IMG/VR virus record: IMGVR_UViG_3300032123_000052
Location: 128,001 to 192,000 of that record
Length of the DNA: 64,000 nucleotides
Reading direction: 5' to 3' (one strand)
Source: a virus
Taxonomy: Duplodnaviria > Caudoviricetes
The notes under the pieces are model-generated. The model was not told the DNA's origin. It ran no database searches and worked only from the letters and a program-made list of their open reading frames with translations. The position numbers and the translations under genes are program-made. This document shows, in pieces, positions 50,992 through 60,717 of the stretch. Each line of letters opens with the position of its first letter. The stretch's first letter is position 1.

Positions 50992-51022
50992 AAAAAGAGG
51001 GTTGAACCTGCCTCTTTTTTTT
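50990..51022. terminator. Bidirectional intrinsic terminator between convergent blocks
   Basis: A7-GAGG...CCTC-T8. Confidence 0.75.
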
Positions 51023-51027
51023 AGCTA

Positions 51028-52530
51028 TTAGCCATCACTTACGACAGCGGGGAGATCGCCAACCGAATGGAATTCCCACCATACTGATGGGTTCATACCG
51101 CTGTTCTTATTTTTCTTTGTGACAATGGGCTTTTCCATGTATAAGATTTGATTTGGGCATTTGGCACTTCGAAAGCCCTTCCCGTCTTCTGAGTTCCTGA
51201 GTTTATAGACACTTATCTGGACATCATCGTTACATAAGCCAAATTCATAGTTTTTTTTGGGCAAGGAAACCCCATCCACTTGTGGGTGGGGAGGAATTGC
51301 CCCCTCCTTGTATAATTTAGATGCTATTAACATTGTATTGCTTGATTCTAATAATTTGAGCTTTCTCCAAACTGCACTTGCATGTATCTTGTTGCCGTCT
51401 AATTCCCGAATATCAAAATATCCGGTTTTGCGTCTGCCAAAAATAAAACACTCAATATTGTTGTATAAAACCTTATCAAACCTCTGAAATCCGTGTATAA
51501 ATCTTTCAGCAGTATTTCTTATATGGCTTCTAATCCCTTTAAATAGTTTTCTATTATTTTTCCGCACTTGTTTTTGTAAATATTGAGTTTCTTCTCTCTC
51601 TTGACCTTCTCCACCTGCTATAACAAATGCATCGTTAATATGACTTTTGGGTATATTGTTTTTAATCCGGTTATTCTTTGTAATATATCCATATGTATGA
51701 TTGACCTGATTCCTAAGTTCTCTTAGTTTGTCTACAATCTTCCACCTGACCATAGACATAAATGTTTCAGCTTTAAATCCATTAGGCTGTTTTGCTTTAA
51801 GTTTGATTTCACCCTTATGATGTTGCTGGTGGCAAGTTTTACACAGAGTAATTAGGTTAGCAGATCTATCACCACCTATCTGTCTTGACTTAATATGATG
51901 TACGTTTAGAATTGGGTCTTTAGATTTACCATTACATGACTGACAAGTATGGTTATCTCTATACAAAACATATTCTCTTGTATTCCAGAAGCCTAACTTT
52001 TCTCCTTGTTGATATTCTGCTCCGGCTATCTCAGGATTCTTAATTCTTTGAATATCAAAAGCAGCTACTTCTACATTAATTTTTGTGATAGGTAATATTT
52101 CCTTAACTCTATCGATTATCTTAATGTGTGAATCAAACTTGTGTTGTATAGAAGGTGCTAACCAACCCTTCTTTTTACTTTTCACTCTGTTTAAAAAACG
52201 GGGTTGCCTGTACCAGGTTTTTCTACTCCTTCTTGTCCTCCTGCACATTCTTCTTTCTGATATGAGTTTCACAATATCAGTTCTAAGCTTTACTTCGGAT
52301 GCAAACAATTCTTTCTTGTCAGTAACAGCAGATAATCCTACATTAGCATATCCACTATCTACACCAAGTATAATAGGCTGTTTATAACCACTTGAACCAT
52401 GGAGCAATTGAATTGTAAACGGTGTTTTCTTCACCACTTTAGCTTTTCCTTCTTTAAGCAATGTTCTTACTTTTCTTGGTCTGCATGGCATCAATGGTTT
52501 ACCATGCTTGTTAATAACAAAAACTAACAA
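51028..52530 (-). CDS. iscB: IscB RNA-guided endonuclease with a C-terminal extension from the interrupted gene
   Basis: PLMP N-terminus, RuvC-I GVDSG, RRxRR bridge helix, HNH (HHI...NLITLCKTCH), RuvC-III SHINDA. Confidence 0.93.
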   Translation of the reverse strand: MLVFVINKHGKPLMPCRPRKVRTLLKEGKAKVVKKTPFTIQLLHGSSGYKQPIILGVDSGYANVGLSAVTDKKELFASEVKLRTDIVKLISERRMCRRTRRSRKTWYRQPRFLNRVKSKKKGWLAPSIQHKFDSHIKIIDRVKEILPITKINVEVAAFDIQRIKNPEIAGAEYQQGEKLGFWNTREYVLYRDNHTCQSCNGKSKDPILNVHHIKSRQIGGDRSANLITLCKTCHQQHHKGEIKLKAKQPNGFKAETFMSMVRWKIVDKLRELRNQVNHTYGYITKNNRIKNNIPKSHINDAFVIAGGEGQEREETQYLQKQVRKNNRKLFKGIRSHIRNTAERFIHGFQRFDKVLYNNIECFIFGRRKTGYFDIRELDGNKIHASAVWRKLKLLESSNTMLIASKLYKEGAIPPHPQVDGVSLPKKNYEFGLCNDDVQISVYKLRNSEDGKGFRSAKCPNQILYMEKPIVTKKNKNSGMNPSVWWEFHSVGDLPAVVSDG

Positions 52531-52758
52531 TTAGTTTTTCTCCTTAACAAAGAGTTAGAGCCACATCGGGATTGTTGTAAAGACTTGTCATGTTGGCCAC
52601 ACCGTTCCTTACCCTCAGAACTTTTAATAACCAACGATAGAGCATGGAGCTTGTGGAGTACTTCAAGGTATCTTGATCTAAACAACTTCTGCATAATAAT
52701 TACGCTCCCTTGTCAACTAAGGCTTCAAGCCTCGCCCCTTGTGGGCGGGGTCGTTGAC
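51249..52758 (-). mobile_element. IS200/IS605-superfamily IscB element (non-autonomous; no tnpA seen)
   Basis: Left end GTCAACGACCCCGCCCACAAGGGGCG, right-end hairpin CCCCACCCACAAGTGGATGGGGTTTCC, followed by ATGA; the empty site rebuilds an open reading frame. Confidence 0.85.
52535..52758 (-). ncRNA. omega-RNA / HEARO scaffold
   Basis: GTCAAC...GTTGAC terminal helix and typical HEARO layout directly upstream of iscB. Confidence 0.85.
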
Positions 52759-52864
52759 GCTGCTGTATTTCAATACTCACTGAATATTGCTGATCGTTCG
52801 CAGTCTTTATGTCAAGAATGATAATGCTGTCATCCTTTTCCTCAAGAACTATATCTTTATGCAC
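52759..52864 (-). pseudogene. 5' fragment of the gene interrupted by the IscB element
   Basis: AAGGAG + GTG start, 35 codons plus 1 nt, in frame with the sequence after the right end (C|AT GAA). Confidence 0.7.
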
Positions 52865-53923
52865 ATTTCTCCTTGATAAATTTGTAAGAAAATATATCTT
52901 TATATACCTACCGGATAATCCTCATTCTCACCACTAGCAGCTGGCGACAACGCTATAGCAATAATGATTCCAATAATCGTTACAACAAATGCCAAGATTG
53001 CTACTTTTTTAAACAATTGAACTCTCCTTTCTTCTGTATATGGTAAAAATTTTTTAATTCTTTAAAACAATCCCTTGTTGGTTGCAAAGTGTAGGAGGCT
53101 GCCCCAATATTATAAATAATGTTTTTACAGCATGTCTAACCCTAGCTATTGGGTACATTATCGGTGTTACTCCCCGTCAATCAAACGGAAACATGAAAAC
53201 CTATAATAGAAAAGCAGTCTCCTATTTCTTACAACAACCAGTTTATCACCACCCAAGTGACTTTGAGATTTTAGGTGTCATTCCACCATTTTCTTTGAAC
53301 TTTTCCACAAAATAATTAAATAAATCTCCATTTCGCTTATCAAAATATGGATGACAAGATGGGGCAAACCGATATAATGATGCCATTGAATATTGGGACA
53401 TATTATCAATATCATTTTTTGCTGCGATAATTTGTTCTTTTGTCATATTTATCTCCATTCAGCCGCAAGCGATTCGAAATGCTCATACAAGCTTGTTTTA
53501 TCTTCCTCAACAGCTTGCACCATATGCTCTTCACAAATAATGTTTTCCTCTTGTGGCGGCTATAACTGGAAATTCGCCTCGGCGTAAATTATGCCTCTTC
53601 AAGGTTTGTGTTCGGCGGGAGAACAGATACCCCCACAAACATACACTTAGTTTGATTTTTCATCAATATTAAATCCCTTTGGCGAATGGCTTATGAATCA
53701 ATTCCATCAATCCACCATGTTTTTCCACAGTCCAAACATTTATAATTATAATCTTCATATCCACCACAAGACGATTTCAAAGTACGGTATTCAACATTTT
53801 TACTTTTACAATCAGGGTTGCGGCATATTGCACGTTCACACTTGATCCATTCTCCATAATCACCCATGCTTTTACTCCTTTAATGAGCCAAACTATAATT
53901 ATAATCGGGAAAAATCAAATTTC

Positions 53924-53985
53924 TCCCAACGTTCGATAAATGTTTGACCATTATCTTTACCAATGGCAAACTTTATTTGTTATAA
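53924..53985 (-). repeat. attC-like hairpin site
   Basis: TTATAAC ... GTTGGGA; inner stem TTTG-CCATT / AATGG-T-CAAA with a bulged base; 62 bp. Confidence 0.5.
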
Positions 53986-54049
53986 TATTTATTGAAAGCT
54001 TCCATATTATTGCGAAACACGGGTTAATTAAAATTACCGATAATATTTC

Positions 54050-54115
54050 TCACAACGCCCGATCAGTGTCCATTGTTTCCGACTATATTTGGACTTGATT
54101 TGCTGGATGTTGTGG
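54050..54115 (-). repeat. attC-like hairpin site overlapping the 3' end of the 54063-54437 ORF
   Basis: CCACAAC ... GTTGTGA; GTCCA/TGGAC stem; 66 bp. Confidence 0.5.
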
Positions 54116-54437
54116 AGGATTTACCACTTATAAAGGCGCATTCTTTAGGTATTCCAGGAACCTTTTGATACACCCACCGTTCAAGCCCATCATACTCTCT
54201 TCTATCGCTCCAAGTTCCATCTTTATACCAAATTGTGCCATATAACCTTCGACCGCCAAAACCAGAATCATAATCAAAGTCTAATGAATTGATAAACAAA
54301 TCCATTTCATCATTATTAAAACCAACCGAAAGGATGTAGGACTTTCTATTATCATAACTTTCTTCATGTTCAATTAGCGCACAAATCACCGCTTTATTGG
54401 CGGATTCCTCTAAAAATTCCTCTTTTGCGTTTTTCAT
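54063..54437 (-). CDS. Conserved phage hypothetical protein
   Basis: YDSGFGG...GTIWYKDGTWSDRREYDG motif. Confidence 0.7.
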   Translation of the reverse strand: MKNAKEEFLEESANKAVICALIEHEESYDNRKSYILSVGFNNDEMDLFINSLDFDYDSGFGGRRLYGTIWYKDGTWSDRREYDGLERWVYQKVPGIPKECAFISGKSSTTSSKSSPNIVGNNGH

Positions 54438-54757
54438 ATTTTTCCCTTCTTGCTGTTCGCCAAAAGTTCAATATAAAAAGCCTTAATTTTTGGCATGAGA
54501 TATTTATCTCTAACCCTCTCAACAACACAGCAAATTCCGTTGTGATGTTCCTCCCATCTTCGGCAGGAGTCTTCATACAATGTTAATAGATCCCAAAACT
54601 GATATATATTTTGTGGTGGAGATAGAGCAGCGTCATATTTGAAGAACCAATGCTTCTCTAATTCCTTTTTGGTTTTGGAATATAATTTTTTGTCGAAGGA
54701 GGAACTTATCGAGGTGATTACGTTTTTTATATTCTTTTTTAATTTTTCTTCATTCAC
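54434..54757 (-). CDS. Hypothetical protein
   Basis: ATGA overlap with the downstream gene. Confidence 0.6.
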   Translation of the reverse strand: MNEEKLKKNIKNVITSISSSFDKKLYSKTKKELEKHWFFKYDAALSPPQNIYQFWDLLTLYEDSCRRWEEHHNGICCVVERVRDKYLMPKIKAFYIELLANSKKGKI

Positions 54758-55030
54758 ACAATACCCTTTTGATTAATTGTGTACAACATTTACAAAAAGA
54801 ATGACACCACAGAGACACTTCCAATAATTATACACACCCAAAGCACAATAGCTAAGAAAATGCTATCACGACATTGGAATGTCAAAATCTCGAACAAAGA
54901 TTCATAATATTTTACAATCCATTTAATCATATAAGCCGCAAAAATTACCAGAAAGATATAGCGAAGCCCATCAAGATAGTCCCAAATTCTCATATAATCC
55001 TCTTTCGTAAATTATAATGCCGGTTTTATG

Positions 55031-55744
55031 TTATAGAGATATTTTTATTTTACGCTCTTTGCAAAGAGCGACAAACAATTCGAGCCCTCGTAGTTTTGGT
55101 TTTCCCTTTTTCCACAACGATCTTTTTTCTGCGAAATAAAAATCTCTCATTTGTGTCTTATATTGACATGGACCACCCGTAGCCCATGTGTCCATAGCCT
55201 TATACCCAATGAATTCAGCATCGTGTCGCATGAGTTCCAGAATCAAACTATCGGACAAAGTGCCCCAAGAAATTTTCAAAATTGTAGAGATAGAATACCT
55301 GGCGTAATTCAGCGAGGCGCCATTAAGCGAGGCACAATTCAGCGATGCCTCAATCAGCGAGACGCGATCCAACAACGCGTCAATCAGCGATGCCTCAATC
55401 AGCGATGCCTCAATCAGCGATGCATCAATCAGCGACGCGCCATTCAGCGATGCGCGATTCAGCGATGTGCGATTCAGCGAGGCACAATTCAGCGATGCGC
55501 CATTAAGCGAGGCACAATTCAGCGAGGCACAATTCAGCGATGCCTCATTCAGCGATGCGCCATTCAGCGAGGCACAATTCATCGATGCCTCATTCAGCGA
55601 TGCGCCATTCAGCGATGCGCCATTCAACATGGCGTGGGAAAAATTGACACCTTTTGCAACGCCATCTATAAGACATTTTTTTATATTTTTTCCTGGAATT
55701 GTATGTATTACGTCGTCGTTGTCCCAACGTATAATTTCTGCCAT
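55031..55744 (-). CDS. Pentapeptide repeat protein
   Basis: About 23 tandem ASL(N/I)x pentapeptides, encoded by 15-bp tandem repeats at about 55300-55635. Confidence 0.92.
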   Translation of the reverse strand: MAEIIRWDNDDVIHTIPGKNIKKCLIDGVAKGVNFSHAMLNGASLNGASLNEASMNCASLNGASLNEASLNCASLNCASLNGASLNCASLNRTSLNRASLNGASLIDASLIEASLIEASLIDALLDRVSLIEASLNCASLNGASLNYARYSISTILKISWGTLSDSLILELMRHDAEFIGYKAMDTWATGGPCQYKTQMRDFYFAEKRSLWKKGKPKLRGLELFVALCKERKIKISL

Positions 55745-55799
55745 TTTTTTTTACCTTTTGTTAATTGTGATTATTTACCTTTGTTTGTTGTAAGATGTG

Positions 55800-56036
55800 T
55801 CAAATTTTCTCCTTAGAAATCAGCGCAATAAATTTGTCCGCTTCAGCGCGGTCAGTATCCTTTTCGGCGTTGGGTAGTTCTTGATATGATATACGCATCT
55901 GCCTAGTCCATCTTTCAACCGCCCAACGAGGCATAGTCCATGTACCATCACTGGTATTAAACGTTCCTTTTTCAAACAAATATTTCATCCATCCAGACCA
56001 TTGCTCGTGACACAGTTCAGCAATATTTTCGCGCAT
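55800..56036 (-). CDS. Hypothetical protein
   Basis: GGAGG RBS. Confidence 0.65.
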   Translation of the reverse strand: MRENIAELCHEQWSGWMKYLFEKGTFNTSDGTWTMPRWAVERWTRQMRISYQELPNAEKDTDRAEADKFIALISKEKI

Positions 56037-56397
56037 ATAACCTCCAGTGAAAAATTTATTTCCCCCAACGTTGATTAGGTGTATTGTTGTACTATTTTTT
56101 CCAGCAAACCGGTTACATCATCAGCATATTTCCCGATACCCATTATATGATTAGTATGATAATACTGGCCGATTTCAGAAAGCAATGATTCACTTTGTTT
56201 GTTGGTGGAAGTCATTTTTTTTACCTTAGTGTCAGGCTGGCGCTCTGCTTCAACATTGGCAACAGCCTGTTTAAGGGTTGAACCGCAAGTGCCAACATAT
56301 TGCACACCATCCTTCCACCATGCATGTCGAGTTAAACCTTCTATAATTCCATCATAATAATTGCCAGCCATATAACCTCCAGAGAAAAATTTATTTA

Positions 56398-56495
56398 TAC
56401 CAACATTTGAGAAACGGTTGTCTTGTCCGTGCGCTATAAATAACCGATTTTGCGACTGATTTTCGGTAGGGCATGGCAACCTTTCTTTGTTGTAT
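56398..56495 (-). repeat. attC-like hairpin site
   Basis: ATACAAC ... GTTGGTA; AGAAA-GGTTG / CAACC-G-TTTCT with one extrahelical base; inner ACCGA/TCGGT stem. Confidence 0.55.
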
Positions 56496-57313
56496 GTTGA
56501 TTTTGAAATCTCCGCATTATTCTTTTTTGGCCGTTGTTGCGCTACGCCATTCATTGACGTATGCTAAAATACCATCTGAGGAGTAAAATGTCTATTAATC
56601 CAAACCAAAACACTTGCGGCACAAATAGCCACTTTTAGACGGCTCACCTTCTCCTGGCTCCATTGGTGGCAAAACAATTCCACAGTTATTACATTTTATT
56701 TCTTCACTTTGTTTGTTGTGCGATGGTTTTTCGCTTCCAAATAATTCTTTGCGAATGGTATCACAGGCATCGCTTATAGTGCGAAAGCAACCGCCTATTT
56801 GAACAGACTCCATATCGGAATCCATTGCCAAACCTTCAATTATTCCAAATGCTTCTTTAATATTCATATAAGCAACTCCAATCTCTAAAAGAAAAACTTT
56901 TGACACAACGGTTGACAAATGTGTGTCGTTGCGCTATTTATCCCAATAGTATGCAGGGAGCCTACCTTGATAAATCTTCCCGCTTTAAATTGATAATTAT
57001 TTCAACCATCCGCGCAACGTGTCAACTATATAACTACCGCTCATTTCCAACCCATTGCGCTTATTTGCGCGATGAACTTTATTTGCAAATGCGGAAATTT
57101 TAACCTTTATCCGCTGTAGGCTGTTAACCGATTCCTTAGATTCCTGAGAATTTTTGTATTGCCATGACACATTTCCGCCAGCACCAATTACAAGAAAGAC
57201 TGTGGTTTCTTCATCAAGATCGATACTGATACCTGTTACAACTTTGCCATCCACTCTTGATAATACATCTTTTGCTTTCATAAAAATTCTCCTATCATTT
57301 AAAGGTTGATTGC

Positions 57314-57374
57314 ATACAACGTTCGACGCAATCCCGATACCAGCTTTATCAGTTTTTGGCTGCATTTGTTGTGA
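57314..57374 (-). repeat. attC-like hairpin site
   Basis: TCACAAC ... GAACGTTGTAT, 61 bp, directly after a stop codon. Confidence 0.5.
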
Positions 57375-58881
57375 GATGCATCAAGCGGTTTCAACTAATT
57401 TTTTTAGCGTTGGTTTGAACTTTGGCATAATAATTCCAATAAAACAACCAAGGCCATTCCATCTTTTAATCCTCCAACCACAAGAACATTTATCATTGTC
57501 GGAGCCATTGCCACCCCTTTCACACTCACTGCACGAGACCCACAATTTTCCCCCTGAATCATAACAACTTCTCATAACAATTCCTTTTTTTTTTGCGCCG
57601 AAATACAATATGCTTTTTAGTTTGACATTTTACAACGTTCGATCAGGTGTAAAGTTTCCGATATATAAAATTATAAACTCTACGTATCACCCCAAGCTCA
57701 ATAGTATGCTGAACCAAATCTTCAAGTGAATCGAACCTATTACAATTAATATCAACTTCCTCTAATTTAAGAAATTTCATACTTGATTTGTTGTCGGATT
57801 TTAATTTTTCTGCCGCTAATTTATGAAAATCGCAACATAGCTGACAGCCACAACTGTTACGTATAGCACATATTTTACCCGCAAAACACTCACCTCGATT
57901 TTTAGGAATTTTCACTATAAGCTCCAAGAAAAATTATTGAAACCAATGTTCCAGAAACAAATGTCCGTTTTAATGGCATTCTTTCTGTATCGTGGATGGT
58001 GTTGCCCAACCCTTGCAGAAAGATTGCCATGTGCCACAATATTCACAGCCATAGGCGCATGTATCATAATAGTTATAACTGCCGTTAAATTGGACAACAT
58101 TTGTTTTATAACAATACTTACAAATGACACTATATTTCCGTTTCATAAACACCGCCTATGATATGTTAAAAAAAAACATTTCTTACAAGTGTGTGCGAAG
58201 TTATCATTTCTCCATTTCTTTATAAATATGTTTGTAGAAGAATTCGTCTGCGCATTTATCACTGCAGAAATTTATTAATGGGTTATAAAACTTTACAAAA
58301 ACCTTCTGACTCCCATTGTGCAATTGCCATGAACTGAGACTTTAATATTTCCATTCCTTTATTACCACATTTACATTCCAATCGATACGCACACCCATTG
58401 TATGATGAGCCATTATCTCCACAGTATTTTTGAATTTCCGGTATGGTATTGCAAGTTGTACAAAAAACTCTCCCCTTATCATCTATTCGTTTCTTATTCA
58501 TAAATATTCCTTTTGTAACGAGCCAAACTACAATCGAAAAAAATCAAATTTATCACAACGTTCCGCAAAAAGATGCTGTGGTGTAAAGGTAGAGGTTGGC
58601 TCCATTAATTTTTGCCTTTGTTTGTTGGGAGATGTGTTTTGGGTTCCTTAATGTAATTTTCCCACCACAGCCGCTTCGTTGCACTTGAAGGGGGAAACTT
58701 TCCATGATAAAAATTGCAAACAGCACAGTCATATAATTCAGGAGCAGAACTATTGCAACATGGACAGAACCCGAGCAGCATCCTAAGCTTACCTATTAAG
58801 ATTTTTATTAACTTCATGGAAAACTCCTATTATAGTTCATCACAAAACTTATCCATGCTGCTTGCGAGCTATGGCATACTA

Positions 58882-59241
58882 TTACTTCTTTAAAAATTGT
58901 GCATACATCGCCCGAGTGCGTCCAAGCTCTCCTGCCCAACTCCAGTTATTCATTATCAGGTTTTGAGCCTCATGCTCATCGAGCGCGATCTTATCCTCAC
59001 ATGATACTTCAAGCATCCTGATCGCACTGTCATACTCTTCCTCATGGCACACTGGAGCTAATAGAGGAACACGTAGAGAATTGTCGCCACCAGTTTTAAA
59101 CTTTTCAAGCATCTCTTCCAAAGCTGCAATACCAGCTTCACGGAATTCTTTTTCTGCTTTTTCATACTCATCCAGATGAAGCTGTTTATTTGTTTTGAGA
59201 ATGTTAAGCAACTCTACCTTTTCAACAAGAACCTGTTTCAT
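58882..59241 (-). CDS. Conserved phage hypothetical protein
   Basis: AAGGA RBS; ORF track. Confidence 0.7.
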   Translation of the reverse strand: MKQVLVEKVELLNILKTNKQLHLDEYEKAEKEFREAGIAALEEMLEKFKTGGDNSLRVPLLAPVCHEEEYDSAIRMLEVSCEDKIALDEHEAQNLIMNNWSWAGELGRTRAMYAQFLKK

Positions 59242-59258
59242 ATTACTATTCCTTTCAT

Positions 59259-59302
59259 GATTTTTGCGAGAGGAAACCCCAACCCACGTGGTTGTAGTTT
59301 AC
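59259..59302 (-). mobile_element. 44-bp miniature IscB/IS605-type end remnant
   Basis: GTAAACTAC-hairpin-GGGGTTTCCT...AAAAATC followed by ATGA; same layout as the fused ends of the IscB element at 51249-52758. Confidence 0.45.
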
Positions 59303-59345
59303 TTATAATATTTTGTACAAAATATCTGGTTTTATAACAGTATTA

Positions 59346-59741
59346 TGGAGGTGGGGACATCCGAGAGTCCCGTCCGTCAACGCCTTCAACCGAACTTCTA
59401 CATGCTTAGTTTGTGATTTAATCTTACTGCCATCAGCTTCCACAAACAGAATCAAACGACAGCCAGCTTCTAATTTCACTTATGAGTCGAAGCGCCATCA
59501 TAAGCTATGATCCTACGACTACCCGGAGATTACGGACCCATTCCTCCCAAGGTTTGTCATCTTTAATTAGATGACGGCGATGTCCTGCTTGGTGTTTGCA
59601 TAACACATAGCGCCAAACATGACATTGAAATCTATATTGGTTTTGCCAATTAGACGTTTATCGGACGATTAGCGAGGCCAACCGATAATCCTCGGCATGC
59701 AACTCAAATCTTCAAACGTTACGTCGATACCGTTCACCCCC
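59346..59741 (-). ncRNA. ssrA: tmRNA
   Basis: GGGGGTG/CACCTCC acceptor stem with G3-U70; GAACGGTATCGAC 5' motif; GCATGCCGAGG; pk1 (CGAGG/CCTCG plus ATCGG/CCGAT); tag ORF whose stop lies in the H5 loop (GTCATCT/AGATGAC). Confidence 0.92.
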
Positions 59742-60468
59742 TTATTCGCAAATTAAACAACTTCTTTCTCTTCCTTCTCTTCATTACTTTCAAGATCGAA
59801 GTAATCTCTATTCACAGCACAGTTCTGTGCCATGTCCTTAATATTGCATTCACTAAACCAGAAGCAATCTGTGTGTTGACAATCCACAATATACCTTCTT
59901 ATGGGCCAAGAGTGTTTATCCGCCTGGCAGATGAGCCCAGGCGAGCTTTATGATTGCGATAATTGACGCAATTCCTGAATAGACAAGAAATGTCATCCAG
60001 CTGACTTCCATAGATACAACCCATGTAGGGTGCTCATTTTTTAGAATGCCAAGCAATGACAGTAAGCACCATATAAATATCAGTACCCATATTATAAATA
60101 TAACCTCCATACCGCCTCCCATTAGTGAAAATGTTGGATAATATTAAGCCCGAATATAACTACACCTCCAAACATTGTTAAAATTACAAAAATAATTATT
60201 TTTTTATTGCGTATCCGTATGCACTTCTCCCTTTTCATCTTCATTATTTCGATGTATCTCTGGTTCTCTTCCATCAGACCCATCCTTCTTGCCTTGATTC
60301 AGCAAGACAGCTGCGATAAATTTATATGTGTGTGCAATATGTGATATAATTTCTAACATAGTGTCAGACACAATCATAATTCGCTTGTTCAATATGTCAT
60401 TCTGCTCGATAACAATATTAATCTTATCAATTATTATCGACTCAAACTCTGTCAAGTATTTCCTCCTT

Positions 60469-60492
60469 AAAAAAAGGGGGCCAGAAGCCCCC
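60469..60492 (-). terminator. Intrinsic terminator
   Basis: GGGGGCT-TCT-GGCCCCC followed by T7 on the minus strand. Confidence 0.75.
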
Positions 60493-60717
60493 TGATTAAC
60501 CGTTTAATTCTATTGGCCTTGTTTATACATTCCTTTTAAAATTTCATCCTCTTTTATCCGTCGGTCTGGAGGGGGAGGTGGTGGCGGCGGTGGCTTCTGA
60601 TTTGATGGTTGAGCGGCTGCTTTTTTCAATATTTGAGCGATTATTATTGCTGCTGCGACAATAATTCCCAATACTATCCATCTAGTTCTACTCATACGGC
60701 TATCCCCCCTTTTTTTA

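Noticed and set aside
55151-55816. Plus-strand ORFs opposite the pentapeptide gene
   Set aside because: Antisense shadows of the 15-bp repeat; the minus ORF has the RBS and matches the operon direction.
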